A stretch of DNA of 64,000 nt from Ophelia neglecta. Its lineage: Eukaryota. Location of the stretch: contig OZ260663.1 of assembly GCA_965285935.1 (NCBI GenBank), forward strand, positions 73,718,001-73,782,000, given 5' to 3'. Of the stretch, positions 52,501 through 62,655 are shown in pieces (within the stretch, counting starts at the first letter, position 1; each line of letters opens with the position of its first letter). Made by a program: the position numbers and the translations under genes. The notes under the pieces are model-generated. The model saw nothing but the letters and a program-made list of their open reading frames with translations, was not told the DNA's origin and ran no database searches.

Positions 52501-53545
52501 ATCGGCCCGTCTGTGGACACAGGTATGTCTGCCGTCTATGCTGCATGCTGCCGAGTTGTGGAGTAATTTGACTATCACCGAATGTAAACAGCTCGAAGTC
52601 GTTCAAAGATACGCCGCAAAATGTTTGCAGGGATTTCCGATCAGAACTAGTACTGAAATCGCACTGTCATCGATTGGCTGGTCGTCAATGGAGGGTGTAA
52701 TAGACGCGAAGAAACTGGCGTTTCTACATAAGCTCTGTTCACTTGGTGATAACCATCTAGCCAGCATCATATTTCAGATGCGTGTTGACGATTTCTCTGT
52801 GAACAAGACTATTCAGACAGGATTTATACCAGATATAATGAAAATTCTTGATAAGTATGACTTGACTGATTATTGGACTATGTGTCAAGAAGAAATAGAT
52901 CCATTTCCTTCAAAGAGGGCGTGGAAAAATATAGTTAAAGACTGTGTTCAAGCGAAAGAATCGGAAATACGGACACAAACTGCTTTCGATAAACCAGGGT
53001 GCCAATATTTCTTTAGTATACATCCTGCTAACTCGGACAAGCCTCTGAACTTGTATGATGTGGCCAAGAGAAACTTCAGAATCAAAAATAATGTGATGAA
53101 TATAGTCTCATTGTTATCTCTCTATAATGAAAGCATAGTTGTATTTTGTGTTATGTGTCAAGATGAAGTCTCCGACCCTTTTGCTCATTTATTCTGTGAC
53201 GATGGTTGTAGTGTGCTTCGTGATGTTCGTATTGAGCTATGGGATGAACTGGCGAACATTCTGCATCCTACTGACTTTGTCAAAGTATACCAACTAGCCG
53301 ATGACATTAAATTAGTACCAGTGTTCCTGGGCAATGATCTCTTAGATTTGGGAGAACAGTCATACAACGCACTTGTCGTATCAGTGATCAATACCTTTGG
53401 ACAGCTAGCAAAGGGAATGTTTACCTACACATATTTATAATTGATTGATCATGTATATAGCTTATTTTATAACATGTTAATTTGTCCGAATTATTAACTT
53501 ATACCATGTAAGCTCTCATTAAGTTGGGGAAAATAAACCTATAAT
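49600..53545 (+). mobile_element. Non-LTR retrotransposon (LINE), 5'-truncated, near-complete ORF2; clade unresolved
   Basis: ORF2 region followed by a ~100-bp 3' UTR with AATAAA (53532) and a short (TAA)n-like tail. The 5' boundary is approximate; a possible TSD TAATATTT lies at 49591-49598 and 53545-53552. Confidence 0.9.
49961..53440 (+). pseudogene. LINE ORF2: APE endonuclease + reverse transcriptase + C-terminal CCHC knuckle, single premature TAA at 51830-51832
   Basis: APE motifs SYNCRG, LCLQEH, YLPS, IAGDLNA, QIDHI, SDHL. RT motifs YRGVTL, FLDIEKAFDRV, IKQGGVLS, LADD, THVGV. Knuckle CVMC...H...C. ORFs 49841-51832 and 51839-53440 share one frame. Confidence 0.92.
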
Positions 53546-54996
53546 AATATTTGTTTATATTCTACAAACAATAATGATGTGGATCGCACATTACTATTAA
53601 TTTTGCTATCGCACAAAATGTACGGTATATGTATAGCGAGGACATATTTCCAGCGTAATCAGACTTATCTATAAATGAACTGCACAAGTCGAGATTGCAT
53701 TGCATTCATCATTTATATATCTTTACAAACTTATTTGGACAGGACCAGCTATGATGATAATTTATTTTTAAAGTATATTCGTATATTGTATTATATGATT
53801 TTAATTTCCAGAAATGGAGGAAATAAAGAAATCAATCTATCCTGTATCACAGCATTGTACAATGGCAAATTCTTATCTTCACCTCTAAGACTTATGACTA
53901 CAAGTTTTGATATGATGACATTCTTTGGCGTTGTTCTTTTGGCTTGTCGGTGTATTTCTCACGATGTTGTTGTTCCTTTCAAATCGTCAAGGATTCAGAT
54001 TTAAATTGCGTAGTTTACCCATGTTTCTTTTGCGCAGCTGTGGGCATCTTATTGTTGGACACAATTATTTCTTTTTTTTTTATTCCAATCATATTTTAAT
54101 TTATCTAAAAAAAAAAGCACAATTAAAGCATTTTATTCTGTACCGATATGATGATGTAATCCATTAAATAAATTTATAATCTTAATATTACAGCATCGAA
54201 TGGCATATTCTAGTCTAGTAAAAGCGTTTATATCCACTTAACCTTAATAAAACGCTTATCATAGAATGTTCTAAAGGACACTTCATTTCATGTGGCGCAG
54301 AAAGGATTGAGTGGAGTCCGCCCGTGGTTATCTTTGTGCAGCTGTAATAACATTGAGATACTGGCATCCCTTCACATGCATGATATTCGTCTTTCCATAG
54401 TCATTAGAACCCTCGGCAAGAGCCTGTGATATCGTCATATCGTATTCTCACTCAGGTAAGTGATATAACTTACACGAGGAGGTCACACGCACATCGCGTT
54501 TTAATTATCATAAACACATATAGTAATGCGAGATATCACTATCTTTATGTTTCAAATAACAAAGTTTCGAGAGGAAAGATCTGACCTACCTCACATTCCA
54601 AAATGCAGTGGAACAAACGCAATGGCTCATGGGGAATAAAATTTGTCTTTCAAATGACAGTACTATGAGCTTAATTTTCTTAATAAAGAAATACTGAAGC
54701 AAAAAACTGCGCATTTCTTTTTATGTCATCCCATAGGTCACAGTTTATTTTATTTATTGTTAACGAACTAGGGATAGATACTTTTGGGCTGCGGCGGTTG
54801 ATTCTTTATAAATAGGGACCATTCAATGCAGAGGTCTGATTCACGATTTTTTTTTGCCTGTTGGGTATGCACTCCTGCTTTTGCAAATTTCTTTCCATTT
54901 TGGGTGATGAGATTGGTACAATATTTGCTGGGTACCCTGTCTATTTCGTCATTAAATGTGAAGATGAGGTAGTATAATAGTACATCGAAAATGGTT

Positions 54997-55859
54997 ATTT
55001 TTCTGAGGTGAATGAACAAGATAACACCCGAACTGGGTTAAATATTTTATTAAATGAGATTATAATGATCATAATGTAATATGTACAATATTGGGTCTAT
55101 ACAAGGTTCAGAAACTATATCACTTACAATACAATGGTTAAAATGTCATGAACAAATGTTGACTAGCACATATTCTAAATTATAATAAACATATTTACAA
55201 TACCAAATATTAAAATACCACACATTACGTGTTACATGCTTAAAGTATGATTACCTTTAAAAGACATTATTTGGGGATGCCCCGTAGGGGACGCCGGGAT
55301 GGGTGGGTGGGAAAACTTGGAAACTCGTGTAGGCTTTAGCGAATATTTTAAAATGCGAGACACGTCCGATTGGTTTGGCTGGCGATTTAAAAAGGATGCT
55401 ACAGAGTGATTTGAACAATGCTGTGATTGGCCAATCTTTCCTTATCAGACATCCGGTGCGAGAGTATAAACATACTCTCGAACCGAAGGCAATTTAGCCG
55501 CTGGTGGCAGCACCATTCACCCACCCCAGAAAAAACCGGCTGCATGAATGCAACCGTCACATTTTTCTGAGGTGAATGAACAAGATAACACCCGAACTGG
55601 GTTAAATATTTTATTAAATGAGATTATAATGATCATAATGTAATATGTACAATATTGGGTCTATACAAGGTTCAGAAACTATATCACTTACAATACAATG
55701 GTTAAAATGTCATGAACAAATGTTGACTAGCACATATTCTAAATTATAATAAACATATTTACAATACCAAATATTAAAATACCACACATTACGTGTTACA
55801 TGCTTAAAGTATGATTACCTTTAAAAGACATTATTTGGGGATGCCCCGTAGGGGACGCC
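54997..55859. repeat. Ngaro B repeats, 299 bp x2 (54997-55295 and 55561-55859), flanking A2
   Basis: Direct repeat from ATTTTTCTGAGGTGAATGAAC to GTAGGGGACGCC; no differences noticed by eye. Confidence 0.95.
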
Positions 55860-56120
55860 AAGAAACGATTGTGACCTTGGTCACAAGTAGTTACATCCCA
55901 AAATAATAATGGACAGAGACGCTGGGTTCGGTAACAGTGTGCACTGATTACCGAGAGTGAGAGGGGGGGCAACAGCATGCGCTGATTGCCAAGGAAAAAA
56001 TGGTGGGGTGGGGGGGGGGGGGGTAACAGCGTGCGCTGATTACCGAAGGGTGAGCAACAGCATGCGCTGACTGCCAGGACAAGGTGGGCTGGGTGTGGAC
56101 AGTGTGCTAGCGGACGGGAG

Positions 56121-57015
56121 TCATTGTGGAAGTGTGAAATGTGATGGTCGTATGTATTTATGAAATGCAGAGCTCTTCCACCTGCCGGTGGCTTTAATGG
56201 TTGATTCGGAGGCCTGTTCAGAAGCAAGCTGTGTGGCCCTGCCGATACGAAAGGAATGGGTATTGTATTGGTGTGGGGATAGACCTGACATTGAGAGGGT
56301 AGTCTTCAGGAAGGCTGAAAAAGCCTCTCTTGTTAATGGTGAATGGCAAGACTTGATAAACAAAGGCCCTGGGGATTGACCACGCTTTGCGATATAAGTT
56401 GTCAACGCGTTGACCGGGCAGTAAAGAGGGCTTTTTTCGGTAATAGTTGGATGACAGGCCTATGTTATTACTGTGTTTGAATGAATTGAATGAGAGCAGG
56501 TAACCTCTCCCTTGCCTAGAAACCTGTGCCAGGGTTAATGTGTGCTGGGGGGTCGCAGAGAGGACGGCCTCGCCAGCCCGCAGGCAGGCATAGAAGGAAA
56601 GTAAAAACAAAGCCTTATACATAGTCCGATCATATGGGGATAAAGTACAGAATGGTATGGCATCTATAATTTTGAAGAGGACAGGCTTGTTTATTGGCAA
56701 CAGTTGTTTGTTGTCCTTGTCGGCCTGGGTCATACGTACTCCTTGAATGGCTTTGGTTATTATAAGGCTGTTCGTGTGATCAGGGAGGTGTTTAATTTTA
56801 TGCACAAAGGAGATGGCAGACATATATGTTTTGATGGACGTATGTTTCAAGCCTAGTTTTGATAAGTGTGCAATGAAGAGGGATAGGATGGTGGGGAGGA
56901 CAGGCAGGGTAGGCTTGCTTTTAAGGTTGTGGGAGATGAAGGACAGAAGCGTATTCCAATGTCGAACATACATTGCTCTTGTGCTAGGCGCAAGGGAGGC
57001 GGTGAGGAGTTTCAC
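56121..57015 (-). pseudogene. Ngaro tyrosine recombinase (frameshifted at ~56430-56465; no ATG at its 5' end)
   Basis: Catalytic residues R (LRAGE), K (SFKHS), H-x-x-R (HSFRIG), W (GRWKS) and Y (FHKYIR); CPV motif just after the frameshift. Confidence 0.92.
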
Positions 57016-58841
57016 AAGCTGAATTTGAAGTTCTGAGGTAGCAGGTGGTCCGGAACTGGAGTTGGGCAGGGCATCATCCCATAATGTCTCAAGAGGGCGG
57101 GCACCACCTGTTGACGGGAAATTTTATCACATAGGATATTACGTTCACCAGGTATGTGTACAGCAAACAGTGATATGTTGTGACTGAGAAGGGTCAGAAC
57201 AAGCGGGCGGAGAACAGCCATGATGGTTGGGCACCTAGAACTTTGTTTATTCAGGATATCAACGACTGCTTGATTGTCACAGTGGAATGTGACATGGGAG
57301 TGGGCAATTCTGTTTGCGAACATTGTGATTATGACAAAGATGGGGTAAAGCTCGAGGACTGCGATGTTAAGCTACTGCCAGTCACATGGCCAGGCGGCCT
57401 GGATCCAGGACGCCCCAAAGGTGGCGGCAAAGGCAGATTTTGATGCGTCTGAGCATAGGTGGAGGCGCTGGGAGCTGAGAAGTGGGGGCTGAGTGATGAG
57501 CGAAGTCCCGTTGTAAGCACTAAGAAAAGATAGCCACAAGTTCAAGTCAGCTTTAGCACCAACACTCAGTCGTTTAAAATAGAAAGGTTTTTGAAGGCCT
57601 ATTGTGAGGTCGTAAAGACGACGGAGGAAAGGTCGACCAGAAGGTACCACCACAGTAGCAAACTGGAGTTTGCCAATGAGTGACTGGAGCTCACGAAGGG
57701 TGAGTTTTTTATACTGGAGGGCAGACCTAATTTCCTCCGTGTAAGCTTCGAGTTTTGCTTTTGGGAGTTTGGCTGTCATCTCTACCGAGTCTAAGGCAAC
57801 TCCAAGAAACACAAGACAGGTGGTTGGCCCAACTGTTTTGTGCACTGCTAGCGGGACACCCAGTTGCTTGCATAAAGTTTTAAAATGTGCCAGAGCCAGT
57901 GCGCAGGACTGGCTGGTGGGGGCAACAAACAGGAAGTCGTCTAGAATCTTTACCACTCCCTGAATGCCATATTTATGTGTCAAAATCCATTTAAGTGCCG
58001 ATGAAAAAGATTCAAAAATTTTACAACTAGAGGCACAGCCCATGGGCAGGCACTTGTCAAAATAATACTTGTTGTCAAAAGTGAACCCTAGAAGGTGGTA
58101 CTGACTAGGTTTTACTGGGATGAGGCGGAAGGCATCCGCAATGTCGCTTTTGGCCAGGTATGCAGGGGGAGGGGAGGACTGGATAAGCTTGATGGCATGG
58201 TGAAGGGTTTCATATTGGACAGATGAGGATTCTTTTGGTATGTTGGAGTTTACTGCAGTGTCGTCATATGGGTATGACAAGTTGTGAAGGAGCCTAAATT
58301 TGCCTTGTTCTATTTTTTCACGCAATGCCAGGGGCGAAGATTTAAAATTATCGAAAGGGGGCGAATCAAAAGGCCCTGCTATGCGTCCTAAACTAATTTC
58401 TGCTTGTATTTTTTCCCTGGCTATCTGTGGTCGGAGGAGAATTGAGGTGGAGTTTTTTGATTGGAGAGGGGCGTCTAAACCAGAAAATTGGATGTCAAAA
58501 CCATTCATGAAGCCGTCAATGAGGAAACCGTCATGTTCATACCCTTTTAGGTGGTGGGCCAGAGCTTCGACCCTTATTGGTGTTGGGAGGGATTGCCGGG
58601 AGCTGCGCTGGGGGGTTTTGTTGGGGATTTTGGCTTGCCCTCTGTTGGTAACAGGGGGCATACATGGGGTGGCGTCTTCCACACCGCGGACAGGTATGTT
58701 TATACTGGCACGAGTCGCCAGATGAGCAGCGTGTTCCTCGTTGGTGAAAGCTAAAGCAGAAGCCTGGGGGTGGTTTGTTGGAGGGGGCATGTGAAAAGGG
58801 CTGACGGTTTGCCTCTGAGGCCTGTCCTGTGCGAAAGGCAC
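57012..58841 (-). pseudogene. Ngaro reverse transcriptase / RNase H (one in-frame TAG at 57372-57374)
   Basis: RT motifs KFRLLHNLSYP, LAKSDIADAFRLIP, LPMGCASS, KILDDFLF, FLGVALDS. RNase H motifs CSDAS, NIAVLELYPI, FHCDNQAVV, HIPGERNILCDKISR. The two ORFs are in the same frame. Confidence 0.93.
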
Positions 58842-59843
58842 GTAGCTCTAGATCCTGGTGCACCAGGAGCCAGGAGCACTTAGTGGTCTCCCGGTCACGT
58901 CTGAACTGTGTGTCATAGTAGCGCCAGTTAACGTTATGGCGCATGAGGTCTTTTATTTGGTGGCAATATGAAAGAAGGTCATTAATCTCCTGAGGATATT
59001 TATCAACATACACTGCCAGGAATATGTCCATGGCTGAGGCCCATTCTTGTTCGTTAAGGATTTTTTGCTTTTTGGGACTAACGCTAAAGTGGGGGTTGCT
59101 TTCGGGTTCAGCGAAACGAAGGGCATAAGCGGAGGACTGGTGGGGGTAGAGGAGATCGGCCAATTCAATATATTTGTGTTCCCATATTTTTTGCTTATTG
59201 ACAGGTCTATGTCTGCCCCGATGGGCATGCCGGCAGACCTGGTGGGTTGATGGCCTTCCACCAGTCTTGGAGTGGCTATAAACTCACCGGTACTGTTTAT
59301 GTCCAGTGGTGTGGGGCGGTCTAGTTCAGTAGGGGCATAGTGTTGGGCCTCAGGGGCCAAATCCTCCGAGTCTTTGGGTGGTGTGGTGAGACTGGGAACA
59401 GCGTGCGCTGATTCCCTGAAAACACCGCCATCATCCCCTGCCCTTTGGAGTTGGTTAGTAGCCTGAGGTCTTTGTGTGAATGCTGTCATTGCCCCCACGA
59501 GATTCTGCATTTGAAGAGTGAATGCCGTTTGCTGCGAAGCCATCTCCTGCTGTAGGGACAGCATTGCCTGCATGGTAGTGTTCAATGCTGCTGATTGTGA
59601 GTCGGCATGCACCGCTGTTGACCGTTTTGTGGCTGTTTGGGCGGCCCGAGGCTGTCTTGACCTGGCTGGCCTAGGTGCTGCCTGATTTTTTTGCCCAAGG
59701 CCCAGTCTTGTTGGAGGGTTCCGGGGCCTGCCTGGCTGTTTACGGGTTGGGATCCTGCTAAGGGCAGGTGCTGTGGTCGTAGCAGTTGGCCTGGTCTGAC
59801 GGGAAACCGGCACCGGGATGCGGCTTTGTCTTTCCTACGGCAT
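58537..59843 (-). pseudogene. Ngaro gag/ORF1 (disrupted: TAG at codon 3 and a 1-nt frameshift near 59190)
   Basis: ATG at 59843 is in frame with ORF 58953-59813. A shift in the A-run at ~59187-59197 restores KIWEHKYIELADLL and joins ORF 58537-59163 (WRYYDTQFRR, C-terminal Cys/His finger CFSFH...C...C..KHTCPRCGRRH), motifs typical of DIRS/Ngaro gag. Confidence 0.85.
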
Positions 59844-60430
59844 GTTTGTGGAGCTGTAACAGAGAGGGAAGAGCAGCAGCAGATATGTAGTAGTTGTGAA
59901 TACATTGTCAAAACAGGGCGGTTGTAACCGCCAAGCAAGTGTAACAGTAGTAGAATGTACTTTAAAGCTGGATGCCCAGTATGTGGGACTAGCAAATGTA
60001 TGCTGCGATAAGATGTTAAGCATGACAAGGAGAATTAAAAAATGTATATATATATATAATCAAGTATAGCTGTAAGAAGACGATATCGTCTTGGCATTAC
60101 AATTGAGGTTCAACAAGATGTTATAATGTTATCACGGTGGTTGGAGAGGCCGCACCTGTGCAATAGCCCACAGGGTGGGGGGTGGGGGGGTAATAGTGAA
60201 GATGTGAATGCAATGTTGGTCGAATGGACCGTAGTTTAAGAGCAAAGACAGCCGAATGGACTGATGGTCAGTTTTTATATGGGATGTTAACAAGCATAAT
60301 AATAAAGTTTAATTTAAGGAAGAAATATGTAAAAAAAAAAAATCAATTACTTTGTATTTGACTGGGTAAGCAGGGGAAAAGAAATGGGGGGGGGGGGGTC
60401 TTCCGTGCAGGACGCGTTGTCACTGCACAC

Positions 60431-61060
60431 CTAGCTGCGGGCCCCTTTCTTGGTCGCTTCCAGTGCCTTGAATACTGCTTTGCGCATGGAATTCTTGTAT
60501 AATTTCCGCCCGAGCGGTGAATTCGGATGAATTCCATCGCGTGACCATTCCTGCACTTGTGGAGTCCAGAAGCCTTTATGAACCCAATAAGTAATGCGGG
60601 GTTCTACATCGCACAAGTTGATCAAGAGGCGGTTGCACTCGTGGGCTGCCACCCCAAAAGCCTCGGGTGTAAGTAGACCTATGCCAGAGGTCCTAGGGAG
60701 CACCGAGCACACAAAAACTGTTTTAACATGGTATTCGTTGATGAGGAGCGTAGCCATATCAACAATTTTTTCCGCCACTTGCAGCGGGTGCGAGCCGGCC
60801 GCCAGGTCATTAGTGCCGATGTCGAGAATGACCAAATCAGGCCGGTATTTTTCAAGATGGCGGCTCGGAAGTTTGTATTTAGGATCTAGTATAGCTGCTC
60901 CACGGGCACCGACCAGATACAGGTCTTTAAGGAGGCAGCTGAGGCGAAGGTGTCGTGCAAAGGACTGGTCCTGGAGGCCTGTGGCGGCCGAAGAGCTGGC
61001 GAGGTGATGCTGAAGGCCGGACACAAAGCTGTGACCTATAAACATGGCCACCGGCGCCAT
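60431..61060 (-). CDS. SGNH/GDSL-type hydrolase (esterase) of the Ngaro element, intact 209 aa
   Basis: All four SGNH blocks present: I FIGHSFV (nucleophile Ser), II GARG, III LDIGTNDL, V RDGIHP (Asp-x-x-His). ATG to TAG uninterrupted. Confidence 0.88.
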   Translation of the reverse strand: MAPVAMFIGHSFVSGLQHHLASSSAATGLQDQSFARHLRLSCLLKDLYLVGARGAAILDPKYKLPSRHLEKYRPDLVILDIGTNDLAAGSHPLQVAEKIVDMATLLINEYHVKTVFVCSVLPRTSGIGLLTPEAFGVAAHECNRLLINLCDVEPRITYWVHKGFWTPQVQEWSRDGIHPNSPLGRKLYKNSMRKAVFKALEATKKGARS

Positions 61061-61190
61061 AATTTAAATGCACGTACCTGCTTCGTAAATAGCGAAGATG
61101 TCCAATTACTTTGTCCGTGCGGGAGTTTCCGTCCAGTGGTCTGGGAATGAAGCTGTGATGAGCGATCTTTGCTGCAAACTAGCAGGGAGA

Positions 61191-61439
61191 AAAACTTGGA
61201 ATATCGTGTAGGCTTTAGCGAATATTTTAAAATGCGAGACACGTCCGATTGGTTTGGCTGGCGATTTAAAAAGGATGCTACAGAGTGATTTGAACAATGC
61301 TGTGATTGGCCAATCTTCCCTTATCAGACATCCGGTGCGAGAGTATAAACATACTCTCGAACCGAAGGCAATTTAGCCGCTGGTGGCAGCACCATTCACC
61401 CACCCCAGAAAAAACCGGCTGCATGAATGCAACCGTCAC
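61191..61439. repeat. Ngaro A1 repeat, 249 bp (second copy A2 at 55312-55560)
   Basis: Direct repeat at constant offset 5879 with three mismatches seen; contains CCAAT/ATTGG boxes and a 9-bp-stem palindrome. Confidence 0.95.
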
Positions 61440-62435
61440 ATATGTACAGACCTGTCGCTATATACTTTTTTATATTTGTAAGAATACTGTTTCTAGGTCT
61501 GACTAACATTATGCACAACTTTGTACTTCATCGCCAGTGGCGGAATTTGTAATATTTCGTTCTTGATTAGCAGATATTGAAGGTCTTTTAATATATAAAA
61601 TGACCATTGTGTTCCCCGTTTATGGTCCCTGGAGAATTTACATAGTTTTACATGCTAACTATAGATGCATTGGCGGACAGAATCTGCTTAGGACATATAT
61701 CTACTGCAGGAAACCCAATTGATATGACATATTCAAGCTGATATTTGCTAATTACCTATAATAGTTCCAACAATAAAAGACACACCACCGAAAAGACCGA
61801 TTTGCCTTTTGTACCGCAGTCTATCTACCTCTCCTTGCCCTATTGGTGTTTGCGGTTCCTCCTGTGATGAGATCGACTGCCGATTGCGTACTTCACCTAG
61901 TCAAAGATTGAAGCAAGATAACTAGGACTATATTGCCATCCACGAGAACAATTCTGCCTCTTGGATGTACACTTGTCTAAGAGGGAAGTACAATTTATAT
62001 GATATGCATTGTTATTTTTCTTTTCAATGTGCCTGTAAATATTAACACTTAAATGAAGAATGATAACAACTCACCATTCGAAGTCATTTTAGAAATCAAT
62101 TTCGTGTCTTTCCTATAGGCAAACCGATAACCCTGATGTACAGGGAATGGAGAACAAGTATCGCAATACAATTAAATATGTATATTCTGACAAAAAACCT
62201 ACGCAATATACAGACGAGCCAACAGTCATTTATAATGGGATACTTTGAATCCAACTGTTAGTAATCAGTTTATAAAAGAACCATGCATCGTATCTTCAGG
62301 TAAGATAGCTTAATCCTATAAAATCTGCCTTATCACTGATTGTGGACACAACTGTCTCCTTTTCTGATTTTAAAGGGACGTTAAGTATGAACATATATAT
62401 GTCAAATATAATACCAATTCTTCAGGACCAATTAT

Positions 62436-62655
62436 AATATAACGACAATTGTGTTATGTGACTATAAATGTAAATAAACACCAGTTGTTCAAAATATTAA
62501 CACTTTCTTTTAATGCATTGGCATGTGTTTGTTTCTTCACGACCAATCATAATAAAACGAAATTGCGTTATGTTACTATAAATGAAAATAAACACCATTT
62601 GTTCGAAATATTAACACTTTCTTTAAAATTTAATGCATTTGCACGTGTTTGTTTA
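62436..62655. repeat. Imperfect tandem duplication, two copies of ~114 bp
   Basis: AATTG(T/C)GTTATGT(G/T)ACTATAAATG(T/A)AAATAAACACCA(G/T)TTGTTC(A/G)AAATATTAACACTTTCTTT occurs twice. Confidence 0.85.

Larger units (their letters stand above)
54997..61441 (-). mobile_element. Full-length Ngaro-type (DIRS order) tyrosine-recombinase retrotransposon with split direct repeats
   Basis: In - orientation: A1 (61191-61439), SGNH hydrolase, gag, RT/RNase H, YR, B1 (55561-55859), A2 (55312-55560), B2 (54997-55295). The A-ORFs-B-A-B layout is the established Ngaro/PAT structure, and hydrolase ORFs are known from Ngaro elements. Confidence 0.95.

Noticed and set aside
50144-53391. Antisense and alternative-frame ORFs within the LINE
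   Set aside because: Shadows of ORF2 with no recognisable domains.
55931-56113. CRISPR-like repeat-spacer array
   Set aside because: Repeats are degenerate, spacers are low-complexity G-runs of unequal length, and the array is internal to a retrotransposon.
58642-58828. Gag-Pol fusion by splicing from the 59287 donor
   Set aside because: Candidate acceptors at 58827 and 58642 are phase 0 and phase 2 in the RT frame, incompatible with the phase-1 donor; how Pol is expressed remains unresolved (first RT-frame ATG at 58790).
54997-61441. Hammerhead ribozyme in the Ngaro repeats
   Set aside because: No CTGANGA...GAAA core with compatible stems found by eye (closest is CTGATAAG); a covariance search would be needed to exclude it.
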